From IMG/VR virus record IMGVR_UViG_3300032236_001530, positions 1 to 64,000 of that record: DNA of 64,000 nucleotides; one strand, written 5' to 3'. Below, piece after piece: positions 30,406 through 39,900 of the stretch. Below the pieces are notes generated by a model. The model had not been told where the DNA came from, made no database searches, and was given only the letters and a program-made list of their open reading frames with translations. The translations under genes were made by a program, and so were the position numbers. This DNA comes from a virus. Position 1 is the first letter of the stretch. Each line of letters opens with the position of its first letter.

Positions 30406-31012
30406 CTATTTTATTCGCCAATTGATAGTCTAACTCTGTGATTTTATCACCAGCATCATGTGTTGATAAAGTAAGTTCTATTTTGTTATATACCCAATTA
30501 ATTTCTGGATGATGATTCATCGATTCACAGATAGTAGCAAGTCTATTAATAAAAGCTAAAGCCTCGTTAAAATCTTTGAATTCAAATTTTCTTTTTAACT
30601 TATCATTCTTTTCAATCCATTTGAGTTCATTTTTATCAAAGATAAAAGCTATTTCATATATCATATTATTTTGAACAAACTCAGAATCACTAACAAATTG
30701 TCTAAAGTAATTCCAACCCGAACCTGAAAAGTTTTGAGACATATGGTGACGACTCTTTTGTGGATAATAGTTAAGAACTATTTTACCTAATCTCCAGTTA
30801 TCACTAATAACATCTAAAGATCTTTCAAAGTAATCTTTAACATCTGACCAATTAAATAATTTATCACGAGAAACATCAATAGAAACCATTTCTAGACCCT
30901 GTGGTCTAATATCCACATCAACATCATATCCATCGTCCTTTAACTCAAGGAATATGTCCTCAACGTCTTGTTCTAAAGATTCAAATAGTTTATATTTCTT
31001 TAAGTATTTCAT
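30383..31012 (-). CDS. N-tagged family unit fused to a pterin-4a-carbinolamine dehydratase domain
   Basis: MKYLKKYKLFES; FEFKDFNEALAF…NHHPEI…LSTHDAG…ITELD. Confidence 0.85.
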   Translation of the reverse strand: MKYLKKYKLFESLEQDVEDIFLELKDDGYDVDVDIRPQGLEMVSIDVSRDKLFNWSDVKDYFERSLDVISDNWRLGKIVLNYYPQKSRHHMSQNFSGSGWNYFRQFVSDSEFVQNNMIYEIAFIFDKNELKWIEKNDKLKRKFEFKDFNEALAFINRLATICESMNHHPEINWVYNKIELTLSTHDAGDKITELDYQLANKIDEILKNI

Positions 31013-31389
31013 TAAAAAGGATATTCAGTTTTTTCAGCACCTGGTATTCTAAAAGATATATGAATCCTATTATCCACAGAGACCATTAATTTACCTTCAA
31101 TTTTTAATTCATCACATGCTCTTTTGTAGCAAACACTAATATCTTTAACCAATTCAAGATACTTTTCATATCTTTCAACCATTTGTTCGGGTGTCATTTT
31201 AGAACCCAGTGGTTGTTCTTTAGTCCAAGGTTTTATTGTAACTTGATATTCAATATCATTTGAATCCAAAGAAAATTCAACTTGAATTGTAGTATCATCT
31301 ATTAATTCAGCAAATATATCTTTAAGTATCTTATCCATTTCAAGACACTTCTCAGCTAAACTCTCATTGAATTTTTTTAAGTATTTCAT
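31012..31389 (-). CDS. N-tagged family protein
   Basis: MKYLKKFNES; LKDIFAELIDD. Confidence 0.85.
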   Translation of the reverse strand: MKYLKKFNESLAEKCLEMDKILKDIFAELIDDTTIQVEFSLDSNDIEYQVTIKPWTKEQPLGSKMTPEQMVERYEKYLELVKDISVCYKRACDELKIEGKLMVSVDNRIHISFRIPGAEKTEYPF

Positions 31390-31456
31390 ATAATATATAT
31401 TAAAATTAATATTTTGAAAATAAAAATCAATATATAATCAAAATTAATTTTATCTT

Positions 31457-31687
31457 ATGAGTGAAAACTTAGGAACCATTAAAATTATGGAAGGTAGAAT
31501 CATTACTAAAAAAAATGATGTAACCGAAGTTTGGAGTCGAGGTGGTGGAGACCCAAATAACTACATAGTTTATAACGGATCTACATACCGACTATTAAAT
31601 AACAAAGAGCAAGAAAAAGAATTGAAAAAGAAATACGAGGAAATCGAAGACGACCTTGATATCTTCGATGATAATGCTCCTTTTTAA
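31457..31687 (+). CDS. Hypothetical protein with acidic SSB-like tail
   Basis: Ends DDLDIFDDNAPF. Confidence 0.7.
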   Translation: MSENLGTIKIMEGRIITKKNDVTEVWSRGGGDPNNYIVYNGSTYRLLNNKEQEKELKKKYEEIEDDLDIFDDNAPF

Positions 31688-31691
31688 AATA

Positions 31692-31720
31692 AAAAACCTC
31701 AGATTTCTCTGAGGTTTCTT
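31692..31720. terminator. Intrinsic terminator
   Basis: aaacctcag-atttct-ctgaggttt. Confidence 0.8.
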
Positions 31721-31721
31721 T

Positions 31722-32255
31722 TTATCTTTTATTTCTTATCTTTTTACCTAAAACATCTTTCTGACTTGATGTGCCTTTTCTAATATGTTTAATTATTACT
31801 TTAAGTTGCACATTACCATCTGTTGTTGTATAAGTCTTTCCACCATACTTAATCACACCGATACCTCTATTCCAATTCTTAGCCAAAAGTGTATATGTAT
31901 CATCGCTACTTACACCAAATGGTAAAACCTTATTAGCACCATCCTCAAATCGAAATAAATAAACACCATCTGCGGCCTGACCTTCAAATAAACAAGGTGT
32001 GCCTTTTTTAATAACAATTTTATCATAGTTATTTATATCTGATAAAATGATTTCACCGTTGGATGTAAAAGAAGCATCTTGATCGTCGGATGACCTTTCA
32101 AGGAAAATTGTTTCTGAAACCCAAAACTGAACATTACCCAGTGTGTTGGAATCCAGATTATATGTTTTTCTAACGGTGTCTGTGAATAAAACTTTTTTAC
32201 TAGAGCCACAAGATGCTAGTAAAATTAAAGATAGGATAAATAGTAAATTTTTCAT
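31722..32255 (-). CDS. Lipoprotein
   Basis: MKNLLFILSLILLAS|CG. Confidence 0.8.
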   Translation of the reverse strand: MKNLLFILSLILLASCGSSKKVLFTDTVRKTYNLDSNTLGNVQFWVSETIFLERSSDDQDASFTSNGEIILSDINNYDKIVIKKGTPCLFEGQAADGVYLFRFEDGANKVLPFGVSSDDTYTLLAKNWNRGIGVIKYGGKTYTTTDGNVQLKVIIKHIRKGTSSQKDVLGKKIRNKR

Positions 32256-32256
32256 A

Positions 32257-32679
32257 TTATAATTTGTGATTGTTTTTTAAGAAGTCGACAATAAAGATTA
32301 TAGCACAACCTGTTATAACAGCACCTAACTTTTTTGTATTTTTTTGGCGCATATTATACTCTTCAATTGGGTTAAGTTTAACTTTGTAACTTTGTGAGTT
32401 ATAAATTCTTGTATTAGAATAAGCCTTATATTCTGAATACTCACTCTTTGGTTGATTTGATTTATAATTAGAAAAATCAACTTTTGACTGAGTTGGTTTG
32501 TAATCTGAATAATTAGTAGTTGTGTTAACAGAATATTCTGTTTTAAGTGAGTCTAATGTTTGTGCTTTAGCTTTTGTTGCTAATACAAATATAATGGCTA
32601 GTATCATTAATAGCCAAAGTAACTTTTTGAGGAATTTAAAAAGTAGATAAACTACTACCAAGAATATTAATATTTTCAT
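32257..32679 (-). CDS. Membrane/secreted protein
   Basis: Hydrophobic N-terminus AKA|Q, YSxYK repeats, C-terminal TM helix. Confidence 0.7.
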   Translation of the reverse strand: MKILIFLVVVYLLFKFLKKLLWLLMILAIIFVLATKAKAQTLDSLKTEYSVNTTTNYSDYKPTQSKVDFSNYKSNQPKSEYSEYKAYSNTRIYNSQSYKVKLNPIEEYNMRQKNTKKLGAVITGCAIIFIVDFLKNNHKL

Positions 32680-32731
32680 ATAGTGGTTATTTTATAACAC
32701 AAATATACAAAGTGTTTTTTATAAAACCAAA

Positions 32732-33409
32732 TTATATTCCTAAATTATCTAATTTTCTTCTACGAATTTCTGTTTTTATTAGAGCTTGTAATTTTTCTTT
32801 TTTTGATTCAGTATAACCTTGAACAGATATTTCACCATGTTCATCTTGTTTAGCATATCTTTTTAATTCTTCTGCGTAAAAGTAATTAATAAACGTAGTA
32901 TCATATTCAAAATTACTTAACTCTTCTACCAACTCTTTAGTTTGAAATTCAACCTTCTTAAAATTCAAAATAATCAAATCAACATCTATATAAATTATCT
33001 TATCGGTATACTTATCAATCAAATCTGAATAAAATAGATTCATATACTCAACCACATAAGGTGATTGAATTTTCATATAAAGTGAGTTACAATGAACTTT
33101 CCATTTTTGATATTCACCAGAATCACCAGAAACACTAGATAATAATTTTAAATCTTTTTTGTTTTTAAGAAACCATCTAACCCTTTCAATATCTTCTTTC
33201 CATTTTTCATCTATCAAACCAGCATCAAACAAACCAATTAGTAAAGATGGAAAAAGTGCGTTCAAATCTATTTGAACTACATCTTCATATAGATTACCTC
33301 TACTGAAATCACCTAAATGATGTATTCTTTTATCTCTAACAACCCAATTATTAAAACTAAGACCTTCTAATTTTTTTAGACGTTCTATATAATCCTGTCT
33401 TAGTTTCAT
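32732..33409 (-). CDS. Miniature family-B DNA polymerase palm-like protein, C-tagged
   Basis: IDLNALFPSLL (motif A), KVHCNSLY (motif B), IIYIDVD (motif C) in order; ends RRRKLDNLGI. Confidence 0.65.
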   Translation of the reverse strand: MKLRQDYIERLKKLEGLSFNNWVVRDKRIHHLGDFSRGNLYEDVVQIDLNALFPSLLIGLFDAGLIDEKWKEDIERVRWFLKNKKDLKLLSSVSGDSGEYQKWKVHCNSLYMKIQSPYVVEYMNLFYSDLIDKYTDKIIYIDVDLIILNFKKVEFQTKELVEELSNFEYDTTFINYFYAEELKRYAKQDEHGEISVQGYTESKKEKLQALIKTEIRRRKLDNLGI

Positions 33410-33861
33410 ATTCCTAATTCTTTTAACTTTTCTTCACGAACTTCTGATAAAAATCCTTTTGGATAAAACTGAACAATAAAACGATATCCTTGATTAGTCA
33501 TATAATCAACTCTACTATTCTCAAACTTTGTTTCACCTGAGTTAGAACCGGCTCTTGGCATAACTTCATCTGATGGATCCCAAAACATATTAACGAATCT
33601 ATATTCTAATGTTTTGCGCCATTTATCTTTAGCATTATCAATGTAAGGGTTTGTATTATTTTGATCGTAGATTGAATTAGAAATACCATCTTCAAAATTA
33701 AATGTAACTTTGTAACAGAACTCAATTTCTGGATAACCAGTGTAATATTTATCCATTCTGAATAAATTAACAGATTCTACTTTACGAGAGTGACCATCAA
33801 CTTTAATTGATTCAATTACCTCTTTCCACTTATCAGTTAATATTTTAGAAAATACATCCAT
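33406..33861 (-). CDS. C-tagged hypothetical protein
   Basis: Ends VREEKLKELGI. Confidence 0.8.
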   Translation of the reverse strand: MDVFSKILTDKWKEVIESIKVDGHSRKVESVNLFRMDKYYTGYPEIEFCYKVTFNFEDGISNSIYDQNNTNPYIDNAKDKWRKTLEYRFVNMFWDPSDEVMPRAGSNSGETKFENSRVDYMTNQGYRFIVQFYPKGFLSEVREEKLKELGI

Positions 33862-34196
33862 TACAATCCTAATTCTTTTAATCTTTGTTCTCTTACTTCT
33901 TGTATAGAAGGTAATTTAACTCTGGTTGATTTACCTTTTGTACCATCTGATAATGTAGGCGCATATTTACCTGCCTTTGATATACCAGATGTACGAGAAA
34001 ATAGTTTCTTTTCTTTAATTGGAAGAAATCCCTTCATAGATGAAAATTGAGCTTGTGTTATTTCAATTATCTCATGATGTAAATATTTTCTACAATCATC
34101 ACTTTCACCTACCCAACGAGCAAGCAAATGAAGATGGTACTGACCATTATTCTCAGTTATATAATCACCACTATTTGAGTTTATCCAATAATTCAT
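33861..34196 (-). CDS. C-tagged hypothetical protein
   Basis: Ends VREQRLKELGL. Confidence 0.8.
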   Translation of the reverse strand: MNYWINSNSGDYITENNGQYHLHLLARWVGESDDCRKYLHHEIIEITQAQFSSMKGFLPIKEKKLFSRTSGISKAGKYAPTLSDGTKGKSTRVKLPSIQEVREQRLKELGL

Positions 34197-34197
34197 A

Positions 34198-34563
34198 TTA
34201 TACTAATCTACAAGGTATTTCTAAATCTTCTGATAGGTAATAAATAGCACATACTCTGTGATACCCATCAGCTATAATTAAGCGATTTTCACTTCTAACT
34301 AAAAGCACAGGTGATAACATTTCACCTTTCTTTACTTTCTTTAAATTCTTTTTAACATGGATATTATCCTTAGGTAACATCGGTAATCGAGAAGCTCGCA
34401 AAACATCTTTTGCTTTCTTTTTAGTTGTATCTGCTTCCCTTAAAGACTTAACAATCTTAGTTACTTTTGCTTCATTAAAATGTAGGTCTAAGTAGTCTGA
34501 TGCTGCCGGAAAATCATGTTCCTCTGGATTTTCTAACCAGATTGCTTTTTTACTTTTCTTCAT
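34198..34563 (-). CDS. ParB/sulfiredoxin-like domain protein
   Basis: SPVLLVR…LIIADGYHRV. Confidence 0.7.
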   Translation of the reverse strand: MKKSKKAIWLENPEEHDFPAASDYLDLHFNEAKVTKIVKSLREADTTKKKAKDVLRASRLPMLPKDNIHVKKNLKKVKKGEMLSPVLLVRSENRLIIADGYHRVCAIYYLSEDLEIPCRLV

Positions 34564-34939
34564 TTAATTTATCTTTTATGAATTTTTTACATTTTTTATA
34601 ATACTTATTTTCAAACTCTCTGGCTTGAACCTCAAATGGATTTAAGTCATATCCCCATTCTTCATCTAATTTACAATAAATTCTATTATCAGGAAGTGAA
34701 GGCATTTGGAGAAAATGACAATATTCATGAATGATTGTTTTTATTATATCTTTTTTTGTTTTACAATTTAATGGGAAAACTTTAATAACTCTATTAACAT
34801 AAGAGCCATAGTATCTTTTATATCTTCTATCATAAGAAATAACAAGGTCACAATCTTTGGTTTTCAAAGGTGAGCCCCATTTTAATTGACACCATTTAAA
34901 TGCTAATTCTGCTACCTTAGTGGATTTATCTTGAGTCAT
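34550..34939 (-). CDS. Zincin-like metallopeptidase (start revised)
   Basis: TIIHEYCHFLQ…YDLNPFEVQAR. Confidence 0.75.
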   Translation of the reverse strand: MTQDKSTKVAELAFKWCQLKWGSPLKTKDCDLVISYDRRYKRYYGSYVNRVIKVFPLNCKTKKDIIKTIIHEYCHFLQMPSLPDNRIYCKLDEEWGYDLNPFEVQAREFENKYYKKCKKFIKDKLNEEK

Positions 34940-34990
34940 GTTACAAAGATACAAAAATTATTTACAATAAACAAATTAATATATACAATT

Positions 34991-36127
34991 ATGATTAAGA
35001 AATTTAATGATTTTAGTGAATCTTTATTAGAAAGTTTGCTTAATGAGTCTATTCTTTATTTTTCACCAGACTTTAGAAATAAATTAAAGATGATGAAGAA
35101 TAAAACAACAAGTTTAGTTATAAATAACATAACTAATGACTTGTTGAATTTAGAAGGTGAAAACCTTGACTCTGATGTAACATTTATTGATTTATCAAAA
35201 GATGAAGGATTTCTACACTTTATGCCTATGGCTAAAGCAATTGATAAAATACACACAAAGTTTCCAACAACTAAAGGTGTTGATGGCTTAGACGTTCAAG
35301 TAGATACCTACACCAATGACCTGTTGTATGATAGAGAAATGGATGGTTGGAACATTGGCATTTATAAAGGAACTAACTCAATTAAAGTTGGTAAGTTTAT
35401 CCAAAAAGTAATGCCTGGTAAATATAATGATAAACAAATTGAGGAATTTGTAAATAATCTAAAATCTATTCAAAGTAATAATCAAGAAAAAATAAGTCTT
35501 GTAAAAGGAGAAGATATTAAATATTGGTATAATAAGGATAATTACTTATCACAATCAGGAAGTTTAGGTAATTCTTGTATGGCTGATAAAGACTTTTTTG
35601 ATATCTACGTTAAAAACCCAGATGTTTGTAGATTGTTAATAATGACTATTGGTGATAAACTAATAGGTAGAGCACTTGTTTGGAAGATAAATTCTTGTGA
35701 ATATGCCACGCTCCCGATTGATGGTGATGATTTAAATTTTGAATATTATATCGATAGAGTTTATACTAGCAAAGATTATCAAATAAACATAATAAAAGAT
35801 TATGCAAGAAATCAAAGGTGGGCTCTTCGTTCGTCTAACGGATATTCAAGTGGACAAGGTATTGAATATAAAGGCAAAGAAATAGAGGTTAAAATGTCTG
35901 TTAAGATTAATAGTAAGATAAAATATAAATCTTATCCCTATATGGATACTTTTGTAAGATATGATTATGTAACTGGTTTACTTTGGAATGATGATAGAAA
36001 AGATAGGAATACAAGAGGTCATATTCTTAGATCAACTCAAGGTGATTACTTAGAAGGTTATCCAAGAGGATATATTAGAAGATTTGGTGATTACTTTGGA
36101 TTAAATCTTCCACCATTCGGAGAATAA
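34991..36127 (+). CDS. N-tagged hypothetical protein (start revised)
   Basis: MIKKFNDFSESLLESLLNES; SLGNSCM, GRALVW, YIDRVY, YPYMDT motifs. Confidence 0.85.
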   Translation: MIKKFNDFSESLLESLLNESILYFSPDFRNKLKMMKNKTTSLVINNITNDLLNLEGENLDSDVTFIDLSKDEGFLHFMPMAKAIDKIHTKFPTTKGVDGLDVQVDTYTNDLLYDREMDGWNIGIYKGTNSIKVGKFIQKVMPGKYNDKQIEEFVNNLKSIQSNNQEKISLVKGEDIKYWYNKDNYLSQSGSLGNSCMADKDFFDIYVKNPDVCRLLIMTIGDKLIGRALVWKINSCEYATLPIDGDDLNFEYYIDRVYTSKDYQINIIKDYARNQRWALRSSNGYSSGQGIEYKGKEIEVKMSVKINSKIKYKSYPYMDTFVRYDYVTGLLWNDDRKDRNTRGHILRSTQGDYLEGYPRGYIRRFGDYFGLNLPPFGE

Positions 36128-36131
36128 TAAT

Positions 36132-36162
36132 AAAAAACCCACTCAAATGAGTGGGTTTTTTT
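36132..36162. terminator. Bidirectional intrinsic terminator
   Basis: aaaaaacccactca-aa-tgagtgggtttttt. Confidence 0.85.
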
Positions 36163-37700
36163 TATTTAATTTGAAACAAATCTTTATATGTAGTGATAGT
36201 TGATTTATCTATTCTAACATTAATATGACTAGGATCTAACTTATCAGTTGTATCAACTCCCATAGCCGCCATAACTTCTTTAACCTCGTGTATAATAGCT
36301 TTGTGATAGTTATAAACACGAACTCTTTTTTCAGCTGGATTAAGACCTTTAACTAAGTGAGGATTTTGAGTAGCAATACCAACAGGACAAGTATTCTTAT
36401 TACATTCTCTTGCTTGAATACAACCTAAACTCAACATAAAAGCTCTAGCAGCATTTACGCAATCCGCACCAATTGATAACAATTTAACGATATCAAAGCT
36501 TGTAGAAGCTTTACCAGAAGCAATAATTTTAACTTGGTCTCTTAAACCATTTAATTTCAATTGTTGATCAATAAAAACTAAAGCATCTACTAATGGTGTA
36601 CCAATACTATTTGTGAAAACAATTGGAGCAGCACCAGTTCCACCTTCACCACCATCAATTGTGATAAAGTCTGGGAAGGTGTTAATTTTTTTCATATGGG
36701 CAATTAACTCAGCTACTTCTTGTTCATCACCTAAGCACATTTTAATACCAATAGGTTTGCCGTTACTTAATTGACGAAGTTTCTTTACGAAACGTAACAT
36801 ACTATCTGGGTTATTAAAAGCGGTATGATAAGGAGGACTCATTACATCAACGCCTGGTTCAACACCGCGAATTTCAGCAATTTCTTTTGTATTCTTTTTA
36901 GCAGGTAAGATACCACCATGACCAGGCTTAGCACCTTGAGATAATTTAATCTCAATCATTTTAACTTGCGGTAACATAGCATTTCTTTTGAAAGCAGCAT
37001 CGTCAAAAACTCTAACACCTTTTTCAGTTTTACCAGCACCAAAATAACCTGTACCTATTTGAAAACAAAGGTCACCACCTTCTTCTTTGTGATAAGGAGA
37101 TAAACCGCCTTCACCTGTGTTTTGATAAAAGTTACCTAATTTAGCACCACCATTGATGGCTTTAACAGCAGCATCAGAAAGAGCACCATAACTCATAGCA
37201 CTTACATTAAATATACTGGCACTATAAGGTCGAGTGCAGAATTTAGAACCGATTGTAACTCGTGGTTCTGTTATTTGTTTAATATCTTTAGGATACATTG
37301 AGTGTTTAACAAACTCATATCCTTTTTCATAAACATCTAATTGAGTACCAAAAGGAGTTGTATTAATATCACCTTTTGCTTTTTGATAAACATCAGAACG
37401 AGCCTCACGATTGTAAGGAGTACCGTTGGTATCATCTTCAATAAAATATTGTTGAATTTTACTTCTTTCATGCTCAAATACCCAACGAAGTCTACCGATT
37501 AAAGGGTAGTTTCTAAGAAGTGAGTGTTGGGTTTGTATAATATCATGTATAACTACCCCAAGACCGATACCGGTCAGGATAGTTATAAACAATGATATTT
37601 CAAAAGAAGTTGTACTTTTTGATAGGAATGTTAATGTGGCAAATAAAGCAGTCAATATAATAAAGATTGCTAAAATCTTACCTCTTGTTAATTTGCTCAT
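36162..37700 (-). CDS. FMN-binding glutamate synthase family protein with N-terminal TM helices
   Basis: SAMSYGALS, NTGEGG, EIKLSQGAKPGHGG, DGGEGGTGAAP, GCIQARECNKNTCPVG. Confidence 0.92.
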   Translation of the reverse strand: MSKLTRGKILAIFIILTALFATLTFLSKSTTSFEISLFITILTGIGLGVVIHDIIQTQHSLLRNYPLIGRLRWVFEHERSKIQQYFIEDDTNGTPYNREARSDVYQKAKGDINTTPFGTQLDVYEKGYEFVKHSMYPKDIKQITEPRVTIGSKFCTRPYSASIFNVSAMSYGALSDAAVKAINGGAKLGNFYQNTGEGGLSPYHKEEGGDLCFQIGTGYFGAGKTEKGVRVFDDAAFKRNAMLPQVKMIEIKLSQGAKPGHGGILPAKKNTKEIAEIRGVEPGVDVMSPPYHTAFNNPDSMLRFVKKLRQLSNGKPIGIKMCLGDEQEVAELIAHMKKINTFPDFITIDGGEGGTGAAPIVFTNSIGTPLVDALVFIDQQLKLNGLRDQVKIIASGKASTSFDIVKLLSIGADCVNAARAFMLSLGCIQARECNKNTCPVGIATQNPHLVKGLNPAEKRVRVYNYHKAIIHEVKEVMAAMGVDTTDKLDPSHINVRIDKSTITTYKDLFQIK

Positions 37701-37750
37701 GATTATGATTTTTAATACACAAATATACGAAAGTTTTTGATATTGTGAAA

Positions 37751-38458
37751 TTATTTCTGGTTAAATTTGAAACCTGTTGCTTTTTCAATATCTTCTTTCT
37801 TAACTTTCCAGTGGTCTAAACCTACTGGTTTATCAGCTGTGTTGTCAAAAATATAATACTCATAAGTTTTTGTTTTCTTAATATAAATAACTTTCCAACA
37901 TTTAGTAGGGATATGTAAACCATCAATTATTGTTGCTGTTCCAAATGAACCACACCAAACATATACTGAATCATATTGTAAAGCTAATTCTCTTGTTCTT
38001 TCTTCTAATTTTTTCCAATCACCTGCATTTAATGAGTGATATTGTGGAGCCATATTAGTAAAATAAAAACACTCAGTTAATACTTTTTGAGCATCAACTT
38101 TTTTACCAGCTACCGTAATCGGACATTCATTATCCGCTGCAGGACACATATGGCCTCTATCAAAACCTTTTAATGATTTAGCTTTTTGTGCTTGGTTAGC
38201 AGCATCATACTCTTTTTGAATATCTGAACTTTTCTCAACAATTGGATCAGGTCCAAATTGGTCTTTTCTTTCTATTTGGTCACAACCACATCTTTCTTTT
38301 GTGTCCCACCATTGAACTAAAAGAGGGTAATCTAATGTAGGACTCCAAAGTGTTGTATAGCCACTATGTTTAATTGTAACCGTGTCTTTTGGAATCTGAG
38401 CCAACGCTTGACCTACCACGAAGAATAATGTGATAAGCGATAATAATAGTTTTTTCAT
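37751..38458 (-). CDS. Secreted DNA/RNA non-specific endonuclease
   Basis: Signal ALA|Q; FDRGHMCPAAD, TNMAPQ, LNAGDWKKLE. Confidence 0.92.
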   Translation of the reverse strand: MKKLLLSLITLFFVVGQALAQIPKDTVTIKHSGYTTLWSPTLDYPLLVQWWDTKERCGCDQIERKDQFGPDPIVEKSSDIQKEYDAANQAQKAKSLKGFDRGHMCPAADNECPITVAGKKVDAQKVLTECFYFTNMAPQYHSLNAGDWKKLEERTRELALQYDSVYVWCGSFGTATIIDGLHIPTKCWKVIYIKKTKTYEYYIFDNTADKPVGLDHWKVKKEDIEKATGFKFNQK

Positions 38459-38508
38459 ACTGAATTTAATTTTAGATATATATTAAATTCTTCTGATTTC
38501 GTGGGTTT

Positions 38509-38853
38509 TTATTTCCAAATTATCTGTACTGCTAGAATTCCAGCGGCCAAACATAGACATACTATAGTTTTTGGCGTGAATGGTTCTTTCATTATAAATG
38601 ATGATAATAAAGCAAATACGATAGCACCAACAGCAAATCCAATAAGTCGTCCAGGCCAAACCTCACCATTAAATGCTAAAGCACAATATTTAGTAAAATA
38701 AATTAGTAAAAGTGAAATCGGAAATCCAAAAATAAAAGCCATTGAAATAGGGTGATTCTTAGCCCAAGTCCAAAAGAATTGACTTTGTAATTGTAAGTAA
38801 GCCAACGATTGTGCAATAGTAACAATTACCAATGATATTATAAAGTTTTTCAT
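38509..38853 (-). CDS. Small 4-TM membrane protein (DMT/SMR-like)
   Basis: Four hydrophobic helices; xKEP before the last helix. Confidence 0.7.
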   Translation of the reverse strand: MKNFIISLVIVTIAQSLAYLQLQSQFFWTWAKNHPISMAFIFGFPISLLLIYFTKYCALAFNGEVWPGRLIGFAVGAIVFALLSSFIMKEPFTPKTIVCLCLAAGILAVQIIWK

Positions 38854-39368
38854 AATCCTAAATTTTCTAATTTAACTCTTCTATCAAATGCCACTTCATC
38901 AACTAAATGATACTCATTTTTATCCATATTAAAACCTTTCATAAAAGAATCGATATTAAAATGATTGTTCATACTATCCAATAATGATTTACATTCATCA
39001 AGTATAGTTTGTTCAGTATCACCATCTTGGAATGGTCTAAATATCGAGTAACTAATTGGTCTGTCACCATTTATGTATTCAACATCACCACAATCTAATT
39101 CAATTCTCCATTTATTTCCGTGTTCCCAATATCTTCTATTAATGGATCTTACGAGAAAAAATAACCCTTCTTGTGTACATTCTTCGATATGTAAGAATAT
39201 TAAAAGACCATACCATCCACTTTTCATTTTATTAAATGATTTGTCTAATGTTGTACTTTGTACATGAACTCCTGGTAAAGCTTGAATAGCCATTAACAAA
39301 TCTTTATACTCTTTCTTGAGTTTATATCTGTTGATATCTGGTGTTTCTTTTCTTAAAATCATTCCCAT
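38850..39368 (-). CDS. C-tagged hypothetical protein
   Basis: Ends DRRVKLENLGL. Confidence 0.8.
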   Translation of the reverse strand: MGMILRKETPDINRYKLKKEYKDLLMAIQALPGVHVQSTTLDKSFNKMKSGWYGLLIFLHIEECTQEGLFFLVRSINRRYWEHGNKWRIELDCGDVEYINGDRPISYSIFRPFQDGDTEQTILDECKSLLDSMNNHFNIDSFMKGFNMDKNEYHLVDEVAFDRRVKLENLGL

Positions 39369-39562
39369 ATTTGTTCAATTTTTTTATTTCTTTCTTCATC
39401 AACTGGGTAAAATAGTTCTTTTGTATACCAAAGATTTCTCAATTCATCATCAACAATTTTAAATCCAATATTATCAATATCAGTTACCACATAAGATTTA
39501 TCAATAGTTAGACCTTTAAGTTTACCAACCGAATCATTATCTGATTTACATCTAACTATCAT
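39359..39562 (-). CDS. C-tagged small beta-barrel-like protein
   Basis: MIVRC…LTIDKSY; ends ERNKKIEQIWE. Confidence 0.8.
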   Translation of the reverse strand: MIVRCKSDNDSVGKLKGLTIDKSYVVTDIDNIGFKIVDDELRNLWYTKELFYPVDEERNKKIEQIWE

Positions 39563-39900
39563 ACTCCAATCTTATTTAATTTAACTTCTCTTAGAAATGG
39601 TGTGATAATCTTATATGTCAATTCAATCATTGAGTTTTCAGATGTGTATATTTGATTATCAACCTCAACATGAATTTTATAATTTATTATATCAAACTCA
39701 CCAGTATCTGACCACATTTGAACTACACTATAATTCTTTTCAATTCTTATTTGTGTTGAAATATCATCTTGTTTATAATAATAATAAAGTAAATAGTGAT
39801 TATCTTGAGAGACAATAATCAAATCATCTATTAATAATCTCGAACTGAAGTTAAACCCATCATAAATAAGTTTAATATCTTTCCAAAGTTTTTCTAACAT
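39559..39900 (-). CDS. C-tagged hypothetical protein
   Basis: Ends LREVKLNKIGV. Confidence 0.8.
   Translation of the reverse strand: MLEKLWKDIKLIYDGFNFSSRLLIDDLIIVSQDNHYLLYYYYKQDDISTQIRIEKNYSVVQMWSDTGEFDIINYKIHVEVDNQIYTSENSMIELTYKIITPFLREVKLNKIGV

Noticed and set aside
30383-30425. C-tag on an N-tagged protein (LANKIDEILKNI)
   Set aside because: Lacks the conserved Arg and corresponds to the normal final helix of the PCD domain.
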